Source: Takakia lepidozioides (Eukaryota > Plantae > Bryophyta). From it: a stretch of 64,000 bases of DNA. Shown here piece by piece: positions 40,476 to 53,229 of this stretch. Location of the stretch: assembly GCA_030704615.1 (NCBI GenBank), contig CM060731.1:4402001-4466000 (forward strand). The letters are read 5' to 3'. Position 1 is the first letter of the stretch; the number at the start of each line of letters is the position of its first letter. The notes under the pieces were generated by a model that was not told the DNA's origin, made no database searches, and saw nothing but the letters and a program-made list of their open reading frames with translations. The position numbers were made by a program, and so were the translations under genes.

Positions 40476-42836
40476 AGCTTGAATGGTAGTAACAAAAGTA
40501 CACGAGGGCTCCAAGAAACGCTGACGCCGTAGCTGTGTAGGACTTAGCCATTTCAACTTCTTCTCTAATGCGCCCGCTAGATAGCTAAGTTAGGCCAACC
40601 ACTATCAAGAATTGCAAAGTAGTAGGCTTCTTGATTATTTCTTAGACAACCCGATATTTTAGTTATAACTAAACAGAGTGGCAGAACCCATCGTGACTGC
40701 TCCATGTGGGAGTGGCCGAGACATAGAATCGGCGCCATTGTACTTCCAAACAACGGAACGTGTGCGAAAGGCGTAGAGGAATGATGAGTGCTTCTAGGGG
40801 AATAGTTGGAAAACACCTGGTAAACTACAAGCAAACTTAGTTGAGGAGGAAAGGATACGTGACACAGCCCGAGAATCGGCCCTCCATCGCTACCGGATCA
40901 TAAAAAAGAACACATTGAAGCCGGAGCTGTCTACGAAAGATGTGAAAAATGGTGAACATGGCGAAGACGGTACTATCAAGCCCGATAGTGAAGCTCGATC
41001 AAGCAGTCAAGATAGCAAATAGCCTGCCGGGCCATGGGAAAGGCTTGAAGTTGGGGCAAATCGAGGATGTAGAGAGTCAAGAACAACACGCAAGCAAGGT
41101 GCAAGAAGTGTTGTTCTTCTTTTATTGTTTCTCTGCGGGAGTATAATACAACTCTTGGGGAGCGAGGATGCACGCCATGGCAGCAAGAAGCATAGCTCCC
41201 AAATGGGAGAAAGAAGGACTGGTAGAGGAGGGATAATGACTCCTCTCTACCCACGGCGTACTCAGATCGCTGAAAATGGAGGGGCCTGGCCGAACACACC
41301 CAAGCATCACCAAAGACATCATCTCATGCCAGCAGCCACAGATTTGAGTGCATCTGGAGGGAGGCAAAGATGGAGCCAACCACGAGTTCCAAGAAGACAC
41401 CTAGTCTGATCAGAACCCGAGATCTCTCAATCACATACAGAGAAGGAGCACATGGACCACGAGATAAGGCAATACCAAACGGAGCCGAGAGGACCTGTCT
41501 CTCAACTCGAGCGGCAGCGGGCGGCATTTTCTGCCTGTCTTTACAAACTTAGCGTTCGCTCAAGAGAAGCGGGCTGCCCCCTGATCAACCTTTACAACAC
41601 CACAGATAAGTACAGGGGCATTCCCAATGTTGTGATTCCAAGGGCTATGATGAAGAACATTAGGGAAAATGCTACAACATTTGCTATTCTCGCAACAGGT
41701 TATGTGTTGAATACTTCTCGTCTTCACCTGTGGGCCAACACGAAAGCTAAATCGCTGACATATGCTCCGGTCAACACTTACAGATTTCTGAAGGAGCAAT
41801 GGCTGCCTGTAACCACTAACCATACAGGTGCAATTGCGGCTTGCCTCTTACCAAACATAGCCATTGAGACAACGCACATTATAATTGCTCGATTGAATGA
41901 CCATCCCCTGCCTGCACTTGTTGCATGCTATCCCAAACACCTAATCACCTTGGCTACAGGAACATGTGAACTAACCAGCGCACACGAACAACAGCTAGGG
42001 TGCACAAGTCAAACGCATGAGGTTGAAGCTGGGATGGGGAGCCAAACAAGCAACTAGGTACATGGCGGTGAAGTGCCAAGCAGCAAGTCACATACTGGGG
42101 AGGCCTGAACGCCGTCAACAAGGAGATAACTCCCGCGCAGATGGACAAGGCGATGCCACATTGCAGCGTCGCAAACTTCAATTGCATAGCGGTAGTGCAG
42201 ATAAGTTCTCAACTCATATATTGCTAACATACTCATCAGCATGGGCCTTAAGAACAAGCAACCAGCCGCTTCCCGCCACACTGAAGCCATGCAGTATGCC
42301 CAGGGCCAAACCCAGCAAGTAAGCTCGCCAGAGAAAGCCACTGCTGATCCCGTGTGTGTAACTGGTTTCAAATCCCATACAAGAGAGATAGTGGTAAAGT
42401 CAACCTGTGTGCTGTACGAAAGAGATCTGAGCAAACACCGCGGCATTACATGTAGGTGCATGTACCTCGTGAACTGCTTTATAGTCATGAACATTAAATC
42501 GCTAAAAGATGTCGGAAGCAGGCTAGCAGATCTACTTTGGGCCCGGTGGCCAAATACAACCACCAACCACAGTACAAAACAGCCAGCTAACGCCTTGGAA
42601 CTGGCTTGGATCGGGGACTCTGTAAGTGCCATAAAAAAGAATAGCCAGCGGACATACTACAAGAAATGGCCCCTGCCACAGACAATGCTGATCCCTGCTG
42701 CCCTCAATGTGCACAGCTCAAGCCCAACACTAACTGTAGTGTGCATTGCGCCCCATGATCAGGTACGAGAGGCATGCCAGCAAAGTAATTCCTCAGCCAA
42801 GATTCAATCGCCCAAAGCAAGCGGCAAACAAGCTAA

Positions 42837-44936
42837 GTGCCAGGAGCTCAAATGCGGTGGTGTACCCCAAAGTCGGCCCAGAAACCAGATGCCCTATCTG
42901 CGAAGGTGTTACGGAAGCTCGGGCAACGCAACACGCTGCCACTCATAGATGCAGAGGAAGTCTCCACTATCATCAGTAGCATATACCAAAGAACCCGTCA
43001 TATGTCACAAGACATCACAACAAAGATATCACAATACTGCATTGCTCAAGCTCTGAAAGCCTCATTATACCCATGGCTGTTCATACCAACTGAAAATAAA
43101 ATGTTGTGTTATACTAACAAGATATCAGGTGCCACAATTGTCACCTGCTGTTGTGATAAAAAATTTAAGACGATAGCAGCCCAAATCTTGGCTACAGTAA
43201 GACAGAAGGTCAGGAAGGTGAACTCAGGATATGTGCATAGAAACAAACTTGCTTTTCCAGCTTTGATGAAGCTTCCCCAGGAACTTAACTTGTTGCCACA
43301 GTGCACGATAATATTACTGTACTATGACCACCACGCGAGTGTAAAGCCCAACTCTGAACAAGGATATATGAAGAGATGTGGAGATTGCTGGTTGTGGAAA
43401 TATATGCATCACTCTGCTATAACTAATCACTGCTATGCCCAAAGCCTGAACAGGTTACGGTACTCCCTGCGGTCAACACCCCATGTAAATCGGCTGCGAT
43501 ACTCTACCCTGACAGTATCAACGCTCACAAGTTTCATCTGCTGCCTTGTTCAAAAACTTAAAGTTATATCCAAACATTGCAATGCTCAAATGTTGAATGT
43601 CTATGTAAATGTAATCTACATTAATTGCCATGCTCAGAGCATGAAGAGGATATGGCACTCAGCACCTCTTGTTGAAGAGGATATGGCACCTCAGCACCAC
43701 CTGCTATCAGCACCCCTTGCAATCCGGCAGCAGTTTACCCACACAATATCAATGCTCACAAATACCACTCGTTACTATGCTCAAAAGCCCCCATATGTGC
43801 AAGAAGACGCAACGCTGTCAAGGATACTTATCAAAACCCGAATGCAGTTACATATCCACACACCATCAAAGCTCACCATTGCCATTCGTTGCTATGACCA
43901 AAAACTCAATGTGACACTACAGTACTGCCTGGCTCAAAGCCTGGAAATATCATTGCACTCTCTGCTGTCAAAGCTATTTGTAACTCGTATGCAGTATTAT
44001 ATTTATATACCATCAATGTTCAGAATTGTTACTCGCTCCTATGATCAAAAGCTCAATGGAAATCAGTACATGCTAGTACCTCTCTACTATGATCACTGTA
44101 CTAATGCCATGCACAGGCCTGAACAGAGCCTAAAGAAAGCACCATATCCTCTACTACCACTGCAAGATAGCTTAGGGACCAAAACGCACAACAGTGTGCT
44201 AATTATAACAGGTCCCGGCCAGTTAGCAGATTGGGGTGAAAGGACAACACGCCACCCTCAGCAAAGACTGCACACTCGGAAGCTCGTATCCAATGCTCAT
44301 GCCGCTTTTTCAATACCCCCCTGTGACATAGTGCAAAAATACGCGATGGAACTACCTCCCCTACTGCCAAGTCACACTAGCATCTATGTTGAAGCACAAT
44401 ATGCCACAGGCCAACTACTATGTCTGTAGGAATCCCAACGCCACATCCCCGCCCAAAGGGCATATGTACCCATCATGGTCACCCAATATTATGATCAATG
44501 TTTACCTCCACTATTACAAATTATGTGGCAGTTACCAGCCACTCATACAATTGCGGCCCATCTCCAGGTCCAAATGGCACATACTAAGTGCTTTGTTCAA
44601 AAGCTTAATACTACTCATGGATGTACTCATAAACCCCTTGCTATCCGGTATGCTCAAAAGCTACCCATCTACTGCTCTGCCCCAAAGCCGCACGCTAATT
44701 GTTATGCTAAAAAATCCTATAAACATTGCCATGTTGATTTGTCAACATATGCCCAAGGTTGTGCCCAGTTACATTGGCCAAGCTGCACTAGCACCTCAAA
44801 GATTGGGTCCCAACATAGATCTGGGATCACGTTGTACATATTGCAGCAACCCCAACAGGGCACCATGCATAGGCTCGTGACTTCAACCGATAATATAAGC
44901 CCCTGCTGCAATCAGAGACCGGAAATAGTGCGATGA
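42837..44936 (+). other. Long reading frame (530 aa plus an in-frame continuation after one TAG) with a recurrent C[YLH]xQ[KS]L motif; coding status uncertain
   Basis: ORFs 42837-44429 and 44475-44936 are in the same frame. About 15 copies of a TGCTATGCTCAAAAGCT-like motif fall in this frame. Confidence 0.4.
43789..44315 (+). repeat. 527-bp direct repeat, copy 1
   Basis: Matches 49123-49649 with about 7 substitutions and no indels. Confidence 0.95.
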
Positions 44937-46776
44937 CTCTGGCACCCAAATCTGCACATCTAATCCCTACTTTGTGAGGGCCCAATTACGGACCAGGCAC
45001 ACCAAGAGGCCCCATGGCAAACATGATTTTCTTCTCTCAGGCTTGAGAGTGATGCTTGGAGCAAAACCTGAGCTGACAATACCCGTGGTGGGGAGTAGCA
45101 ACACCACCAGTGGAGTGGTCTCTAGTGTAGGGTTGTTGCACAAGGTGGAAAATTTCTCAGCCGACCTCCCAAAGCACATTGGATTCAGATCACCATCAAC
45201 TATGCAGGTCTATCAGCCAGTGCCCAAAAACAGCTTCAGTACGAGTACGACAACATTCGAGAAGTCGGTGCAGTGATGGACAGGCTGGAGGCTTCGGCAA
45301 AGGTGCTATCAAGGATCAACACTAGCACCCAAAGCTATGATCAAATATTCTTAATGTTACAACAGCTCAGGCCACACTACTCTGACCACTCTACTGTTAA
45401 CACACAAAGCTCACAACATAGGACTATGGTAGCAACTATTCAATTCAACCCTAGTGGTGACACATGGGGAAAACAATGCCCTCTTCGGTATGCTGCCATA
45501 AGTTGGTATGTACAAGAAAACCGTACGAAGGAAGTAGCCCATAGAGGAAACCTTGATGGAAAGTGGGCGGCAGTCCATAAACCCCCTATATTATGTGCAA
45601 CATGCGTGCACAAGAATAGACAAAAAACCTATCTACAAAGACACATACAAATCCAGCCCACGTTGTTAAGGTGGAGTTCAACTCAGCCCTCTACCACAAT
45701 ACCAAATATGCTATATACTGACGCCCCTTCTCACAGATAAAGACGTTAGGAAAGGGATCCAGGATACCACGGATTCCTGATTCTTGTGTTTGAGGATTAG
45801 GGGCACCATCACTGACTCAACTAAGAGCCTCTATTGCAGGAACAATGAACATAGTGTGCAACAAAACGTAGCTAAATCGAGGGAAGGGAGATTGTGCATA
45901 AAACCACTCCAAAGAAACATGGGCAACCTAGCAAGCAGACAAGATCTAGATAAAGCTGGCACGCGTCTACACTACCGCATAGTATGCACGCCCCCTAGCA
46001 TCAGGTGGTGTACACAGCCACAACTATACCACTACCTAATAGGCCAAGATTGGCAATTTTCCCAAGAGTACCAAGAATCAAGAAACAACCACACAACTAA
46101 TGCGACCAGAAACACCCCACGCGGGAAAGCTGAACCAAAATCAAGCGGTAACCTCCATGACCAATTGCCCAACAAACTAGGAGTAACAGCAGTCATCAAA
46201 GTGCACTTGCAAGAACAAGAGTGTCACGATTACAACAACCACAACTTCAGCCAACAGAACCACGATTAGAAGAACTAGACCAGCCAGGACATATGCTACA
46301 AAAGCAATTAGGCAGGAAAGCTCCTGTTATCACGCATCGTCGCATTACAACACCTTGGACAATCTCCCCCCTTCTTGCCAGTGTACTCGTACCCCTTCGC
46401 GTGCCCACTAGTGCAGCTGTAGAACCTCCATACCAGCACCCACTGCTCCACGATCTGCAATACTCACCTCTAGCAGCCACCACTCTTCCAACCCATCTGC
46501 TAATTACACTGGCTGATAAAGTGCACCCTGCACCTTGCATGACACCTTCTAAGTCTCATCAATCTGTCTCAGAGTCCTTTAGCAACGTCTCTACGGCTTA
46601 CCACCGTAACCTGAGGGCCATGTTTGACACATACGATCACCAAGATGATCCCAACACAGCCTCCACACACCCGAAGCAGGTACCCGGCCAACAGCCGGCT
46701 TCTTCCAAAAGGACCTCCAGCGAAGTTTGTAGCTCCTCCAAGCATACGAACTCAGAACGATCCAGGGGTCCCGCTA

Positions 46777-48593
46777 TGGCTGACGGCCCCACAGAACCCA
46801 GCACCATGTCGTCCCCATTGACACCTGCAGGAGCAACACCTGCCCATACCCCAATTGTTCCTCCAGTCGCAGCAGACATCACACATTTATGGCTTGGAAG
46901 CAGAACCATGGAAGAAAGAGCCCGCGAGGCAGGAGACCCCCCTATCTTGGAGCTACGGTCATAAGAAGAACTCATCCGACTTGGGGTGGTGCCGAGAGAG
47001 AGTGAAGAAATGGTGCACTGTCGACGTGCTTTTCCCCGAGTGCCTCAGTGGCTATATCCCTCCAAGAGATGCGATGGCAAAGAGGGGCAGTTCTATCATC
47101 TCACCCAGCTCCCTAAAGGCACGAAAGTTAATCCCCACACAGGACTGGCCCTGGAATCATATCACATCATAATCAGATTCGACTATGACACCAACATGGA
47201 TCGAGCCACAGTTCTAGAGACGACCCGACGAAGACTTAAGGAGATGGATATCCCCGTGGGAAGCACGCGTATCTCTCCAATCCCGGTGTTTACGCAAACC
47301 AAAACCAAACTGTGGAATGGGCTAATCAAGATTGAACTGAAACATCCAGAGAGAGATGGCCTTGCTCTACTGAGGGGAGAGTGCGTGTTCACTCTTGAGC
47401 TATCCAGAGGCGTAAGAGTCATCGGTCATGTGGAGAAAAGCTTCAATCTTGCAGCATCTGGTGACTACTTCTCTCTGCATATTGCTAGTGATGCTTTTCA
47501 TGGATGCCTGGGGCATACCCTGGCTGTGCAGTTCATTGTGGAAGGCTACATTAGCGGTGATGAATATGAGCTCCAGCATGTCAGGAAAAATAAGACAGAC
47601 ACGAAATTTGGGTTCATATACGTCATCTCAGAAGACACACGGACGAAGGTGCTGAAACACGAAGTCAACTTTGCCAACAACCGTATCAAACCTGAAGTAA
47701 GATATACAAACCTAGCAGGCGCACCAACAACCTCCAAAGAGTTCATTGCTGAACGCAATGCCCTTACACTCCAAGTCAAAAACCTTAACTCCTCCAGAAC
47801 TCAGGCAGAAATAGAGGATGGTGTCCGGGGGCTGTTGGGAAGAAACAATGTGGCGCAGATTTACTTTTGTTATACCCCGAGGGAGGAGAAGACAAAACAT
47901 GAAGGCATAGCATACATCACATGCCTTAATACAACATTCTACACACAATGGTGCTACAGACACAATATACTGCTGCATGGACATTTCATTGACTTCATAC
48001 CACATCCACAAAGCCTAAGCGGGTCAGTCCCTGTGGCCCCAGAAATTCTCCAGCGGCTAGGCACTGACAACATCAACAAGGCACTAGCGCAGATGGTGGA
48101 GTCCATCAAAATCACAGCTGCAAAGCCAGCAGATGTTATCAGCCGGGCTGAGGTGGACCAGCGCTTTGCTGCTCTAGACAAACGTTTTGCGGAACACCGC
48201 ATTACAACTACAGAAGACATGAGCAAATTGGAAAGGCGCTTTGTCAAAACCTTCACCGCGGCAAATGCCTTGAACCTGCAGAATATGCGTCAGTCCATCA
48301 CAGCCCACTTCTCAAAGAACCTGGCCAGCTTCCATGAACATGCCAATGAGGCCCTTTGCAAAATGCCACAACTACTTGGAGCGATTCTCCCCCTGGATAA
48401 GGAGCACGTGGACACACTCGACCAACTGGCCAAAGAATCAGGAAACTTCAACATTGTCCCGCCACCATATGATCCTGAACTACTCTCCCTCACCATGGCA
48501 GGGGAGCAGCCCCAGACACCGGCACCCACAGGGGCTGATCGCATGGAGCGCACAACAACAGTGGACATACACATGCAGACCGCCAATGAGTAG
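46777..48593 (+). pseudogene. RRM-like plus coiled-coil protein resembling a non-LTR retroelement ORF1 (~600 aa; one in-frame TAA at 46962-46964)
   Basis: ORFs 46221-46964 and 46986-48593 share a frame. RNP2/RNP1-like ALTLQVKNLNSSRTQAEIEDGVRGLLG...HEGIAYITC, followed by heptad-like ISRAEVDQRFAALDKRFAEHR...MSKLERRFV. Confidence 0.65.
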
Positions 48594-49122
48594 GCACATG
48601 GATAGCATATTCAACAACCAAGACAGACTCAACGTAGCTGCCACCAAAAGCAAATTCAGATTATATCACAGAACTAGACTGTATGAGAGATACAATGCAA
48701 TAACTCTTTTTCTTATGCTATGTAACGCCCTTTTTACATCACACTGTGGCGTAGATGCTGCCAACAGGTCCTATAGTGTCTGCTCATCTGCTGCAATCTG
48801 CAATCCTAAACTGTACTACAATCCTACTCCAAATGGGTCTGCTGCAGCCCCCACTAACCCTCCCCACAGAGACTGGCTTCTCTGTCCCCAAAGCCCACAA
48901 CAATGCTTGGTTGATGCCCTGCAGAGATACATGTCCTGGTACAAGTGCAGCCAAAAACAGCCACAATAAGAGATCTGCAAAACAAGAATGTCTTGCACCA
49001 AAGTAGCAAACACACCGTACAAATAAAGACCAATGAACGCACCATACGTGCACCTTGGATACAGTCAGAGCACCCACCTTCTCTGCAGGTTCTGGCTGCT
49101 CAAAACGCAGATTGGAAAATGT

Positions 49123-49649
49123 CCCCATATGTGCAAGAAGACGCAACGCTGTCAAGGATACTTGTCAAAACCCGAATGCAGTTACATGTCCACACACCAT
49201 CAAAGCTCACCATTGCCACTCGCTGCTATGACCAAAAACTCAATGTGACACAACAGTACTGCCTGGCTCAAAGCCTGGAAATGTCATTGCACTCTCTGCT
49301 GTCAAAGCTATTTGTAACTCGTATGCAGTATTATATTTATATACCATCAATGTTCAGAATTGTTACTCGCTCCTATGATCAAAAGCTCAATGGAAATCAG
49401 TACATGCTAATACCTCTCTACTATGATCACTGTACTAATGCCATGCACAGGCCTGAACAGAGCCTAAAGAAAGCACCATATCCTCTACTACCACTGCAAG
49501 ATAGCTTAGGGACCAAAACGCACAACAGTGTGCTAATTATAACAGGTCCCGGCCAGTTAGCAGATTGGGGTGAAAGGACAACACGCCACCCTCAGCAAAG
49601 ACTGCACACTCGGAAGCTCGTATCCAATGCTCATGCCGCTTTTTCAATA
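49123..49649 (+). repeat. 527-bp direct repeat, copy 2
   Basis: Near-identical to 43789-44315; ends abruptly at the junction with the SWIM-domain frame. Confidence 0.95.
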
Positions 49650-49651
49650 AA

Positions 49652-50591
49652 TTGCTACCAGACTCGGGAGAGCATGCCGAGGATGAGCATGCTGCTCCTA
49701 TTATCGTTATCCAATACAGCATTCCAATCGTGGAGCGAGATGTGTCGGCTTCGCAGTGGAGAATTGCACGGACCCGTCCGTCATTTCGTGGCAAATGTTG
49801 TGCTGTTCGTGTCGACACCAACCAGAGATGCAATGAGATGATTCGGAGGAGCCCGCAGGGCGGTGTGCCTGCTCCTTGCTTCACAGGGAGATTTGTGTGC
49901 GCAAAGTTTGTGGAGGCCACACTGAAGGAGTTTTGGTTCTGCAGGCATGACATCATGTCGTGTGTGTTCGGCAAGCCCAAGTATGGTGTACAAGGCATGC
50001 CTGAACCACCAGCAGTCTGGCCTGTGGCAATTGGTACAGAATCTTACCCTGGAGGAGGCAGACGCTCTAGGAAGTGCAGGGTTTTGACTGGTGGAGAGGA
50101 CAGACGTTCCACGAAATCCAATTCCCAGTCGTCATCCTCCTCCCACGAGAAGCTCTTCGCCTCGCATACCGGTGGGTGACCCCGCAGCTTGGCCTACCCA
50201 TCGGTGGGGGAAACTGAAAAGACGGCGGCCACCAACAAAGGCGAACGACACCAGGATGGCCAACGCTCTTGCAATGCCCTGCATAGTGCAAGGTTGCAGG
50301 GATGTTCCTCACCCCGGGATGGGACGCATATTTCAGTTGTCAACAGCCGGGTCTGCTGCACGCAGTGTCGTGTATGCAATCACGGTTTCTCAGTACCCAG
50401 CTTACAACTGTGAGGACTTCCTTGTTATGGAATCGAAGAATGCAGCATACGTCCCCTGCAAACACCTTTATTACATTTTTCTGAAGCGCATGAGTTGCAT
50501 ATCCGCAATGGACGTCTTCATCCATGCTCCAACACTGAGTTTCAACGAGCTGCACAAGGCCCTACGGCAGGATACAGGTCGGACTGCTTGA
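49652..50591 (+). pseudogene. 5'-truncated SWIM zinc-finger protein, probably transposon-encoded
   Basis: WRIART...C...C...FWFC..DI..CV...VWPVAIGT, a frameshift near 50040, then YAITVSQYPAYNCEDF...VPCKHLYYIF. This fits SWIM CxC-xn-CxH with the first Cys replaced by Tyr. Confidence 0.7.
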
Positions 50592-52059
50592 CATTACACA
50601 TTTGGGAAGGAGAAAGTGACAATTATATTACATTCATCTTCTTGCACCCTATTTTTTTGTGAGGAATTATACACTTGGTGGTACCGCACCGCCATGGCTC
50701 CAGGTATATTTCGGTGCCGCAATACATGAGAATGTGGTTTTTGGCCGTGAATGGCATGGGCATGCTTTTTTTTATTTTGGTTATGTCTATTAATGGATCC
50801 GAGGAAAGCATACAGTGTGTGGAGATACACGGACATTGTGGCCTATTTCAGCGCCGTTATTGGTTTGTATACTGCATAGTGCTTCCTTGTTACTGCTCTT
50901 CATTCAATTTGTGGTGATTTCGCAGCCCATCCTGGCGTTTTCGTCCACCTTTATGAGAAGACTCCAATTTGCTACCAATACATTGTCAGTGTTTTGCAAA
51001 TGTGATGCCTTTACGTGATTGTTAGTTCTGTGTCCCAGTGGGAAGGGTCCTTTTGCACATTCCAGCATTTGCATACTGCACCTTGTGCAAACAGCAATCC
51101 ATACGACAAAGGACACGTCCCAGCATACTGGCAGTGAATTGCAAAAAACCTTAACAGAAGATTATCCAAGCATGTATATTCCCCATATGGCACAGGGAAG
51201 CTACTTGATTTCTGAATCAAAATGTATGTGCCATGAGTGTCGGCGAGTCGAAACATGTCTACTCTAGCATGCAAGACCTATGGTCCCCTCGCCCAAGAAG
51301 GAACTCGAACTGGCCTCTCACTGAGTGACCGGGTGCCGTTATTTGAACAAAATGTCAGCGGTTTCTGTCGCCCGGTTGAAACTAACGAGGATGTCGTGTT
51401 TATCGATAGCCCCTTTTGTAGAAGGACATTTTCACAGTGGGCCCTGTGTTCCCCTCCTCCTCATCCTCATAACTGAAGGGAATGTCCCCACTTTCCGAGT
51501 CAGTCCGTCCACGCGTGAAGTTTTCACCTATGCACTCATCATACGTCCACTCGCAACAATTCCAGTGATACAGCAACGTTGTGCGTGATCTGTTCGGCTC
51601 CCACTCAAGCGAAAAGTCCAGGTCCATGATGCGCAAGAACCACCTGCTCCCCAGCCGGGGTCCAGGAGAATCGTGCAATCCTGGAAGAAACTCCATTGCT
51701 TTCAGCTGGACAAGTCGAGGATCGTCCCTGTAAACATCTAGGAAGACAATGATGTCGTCTGCTTTCGGGACAATAACTCCCGTCTGGCGTCGATAGATGT
51801 GATTCGGGCACGACATGGCCTCACGACACAGCAAGAACTCAGAGCAGGGAGGAGATAGGCACAACAAAGAAGAGTGAAGAGCAAAATGAGAGCGAGGCCG
51901 GCGGAAGAGAGATATATCATTGCTGCACTGCCAATGTCGTATGCGGCAAAGCTTCTATTTCCTCCGATATGTGTGCTTTTATTAGACAAATCCGCACCAG
52001 TTTCAGTAGAGTTTGCAAAACTCCCTCACCGTAAGGCGGCCGAGAATTTTGTTTCCGGA

Positions 52060-52415
52060 GCCCAATTTCGGCGCCGTTATTGGTTGCACTCCCCAGTCTT
52101 CAGCCGGGTATTTGGTTTCCGGACCCCAATTTCGGCGCCGTTATCGGCTGCACTCCGGTGGCTTCAGCCGGATATTTGGTTGGCGGAGCCAAATTTCGGC
52201 ACCGTTATTGGCTTCACTCCCGAGCCTTCAGTCAACTATTTCTTTTCCTGTGCCCAATTACGGCGCCGTTATACCCAACCATCCTGCACTTCTACAACAG
52301 TATTATCCACGGTTATAGGTCGCCATTGCGTTTTCGGAGTCTGCAAACCCGGATCCTAATTCCGCTTGCGTCTCTTCCTCTGGGATAATTTCGGTGCCGT
52401 TATTGCCCAAAATTC
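52060..52415 (+). repeat. Cluster of AATTTCGGCGCCGTTAT(T/C)GG motifs at ~65-bp spacing
   Basis: Copies near 52064, 52128, 52192, 52256 and 52387; dispersed copies near 50707 and 50845. Confidence 0.8.
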
Positions 52416-52772
52416 AGTTTTTCTATGACCGGGCCTGGCGGTCCATAAGCTTGGGCTCCAAGTCATGAGCGGACACTGGTACTTATGAGCGGAGTGCTTC
52501 CAGCATGAGCGCGGAAATCTTCGAAAACCTTCTCTTCTTATACTACTTTCGATTATTTTATAGTTTTGGGTCCGAAAAAAATCTGCCGAAATTCGAAGTG
52601 TGTTACTTTGCGGCTCATGGGTGAGCCATGCCCGCTCATGAGCTCATGGAATAGCAACCCCAAGGTGAAGACTCTATATTCAATGTACCTGATACACGCT
52701 AAGGAGGGAGAAGCACCACACATCAGTATATATAGCTACACTTCCAGCACTCTTGCATCTTGTATCGGCAAC

Positions 52773-53174
52773 ATGGAGTCATGGGAACCAGACACATTGG
52801 AGCTGTCGCTTACCCAACTACCAGATCAGCCGTTCCGACTCTCACGACCTTCAACATCACGCCGACGCTCTCGAGAGAATGAGCTACCAATGCGACGCGT
52901 ACTTCCTTGTCTGGACCTCGTACGACGGCAAGTGGAGCCTACTCGAAGTCTGATAATTTTGTTGGAGGTTGAGGCTTCGGACCCAGAGGACAACGAAATC
53001 ATGTTTGAAGGCAGTTTCGATAATAAGAATGTTCAAATCATTGCGTGGTCCCAAGTTCAAGGTGTTGGATACTATCGATGGTTGCAGGGACCTATAAATC
53101 ATTTGAGTCAAGAACGAAGAGCCAAATACTTGGCAAGTACCATTCGCCGGATTTTGGATTTTCTCCAACTCTAA
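52773..53174 (+). CDS. Small hypothetical protein (133 aa), function unknown
   Basis: ATG in AACATGG context, TATATATA about 45 bp upstream (52727), uninterrupted frame to TAA at 53172-53174. Confidence 0.35.
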   Translation: MESWEPDTLELSLTQLPDQPFRLSRPSTSRRRSRENELPMRRVLPCLDLVRRQVEPTRSLIILLEVEASDPEDNEIMFEGSFDNKNVQIIAWSQVQGVGYYRWLQGPINHLSQERRAKYLASTIRRILDFLQL

Positions 53175-53229
53175 GCAAGTCCAAGATTTTACCGCTCCTC
53201 GAGGAACTCGGCGCTAGAGGAGGGGGTGA

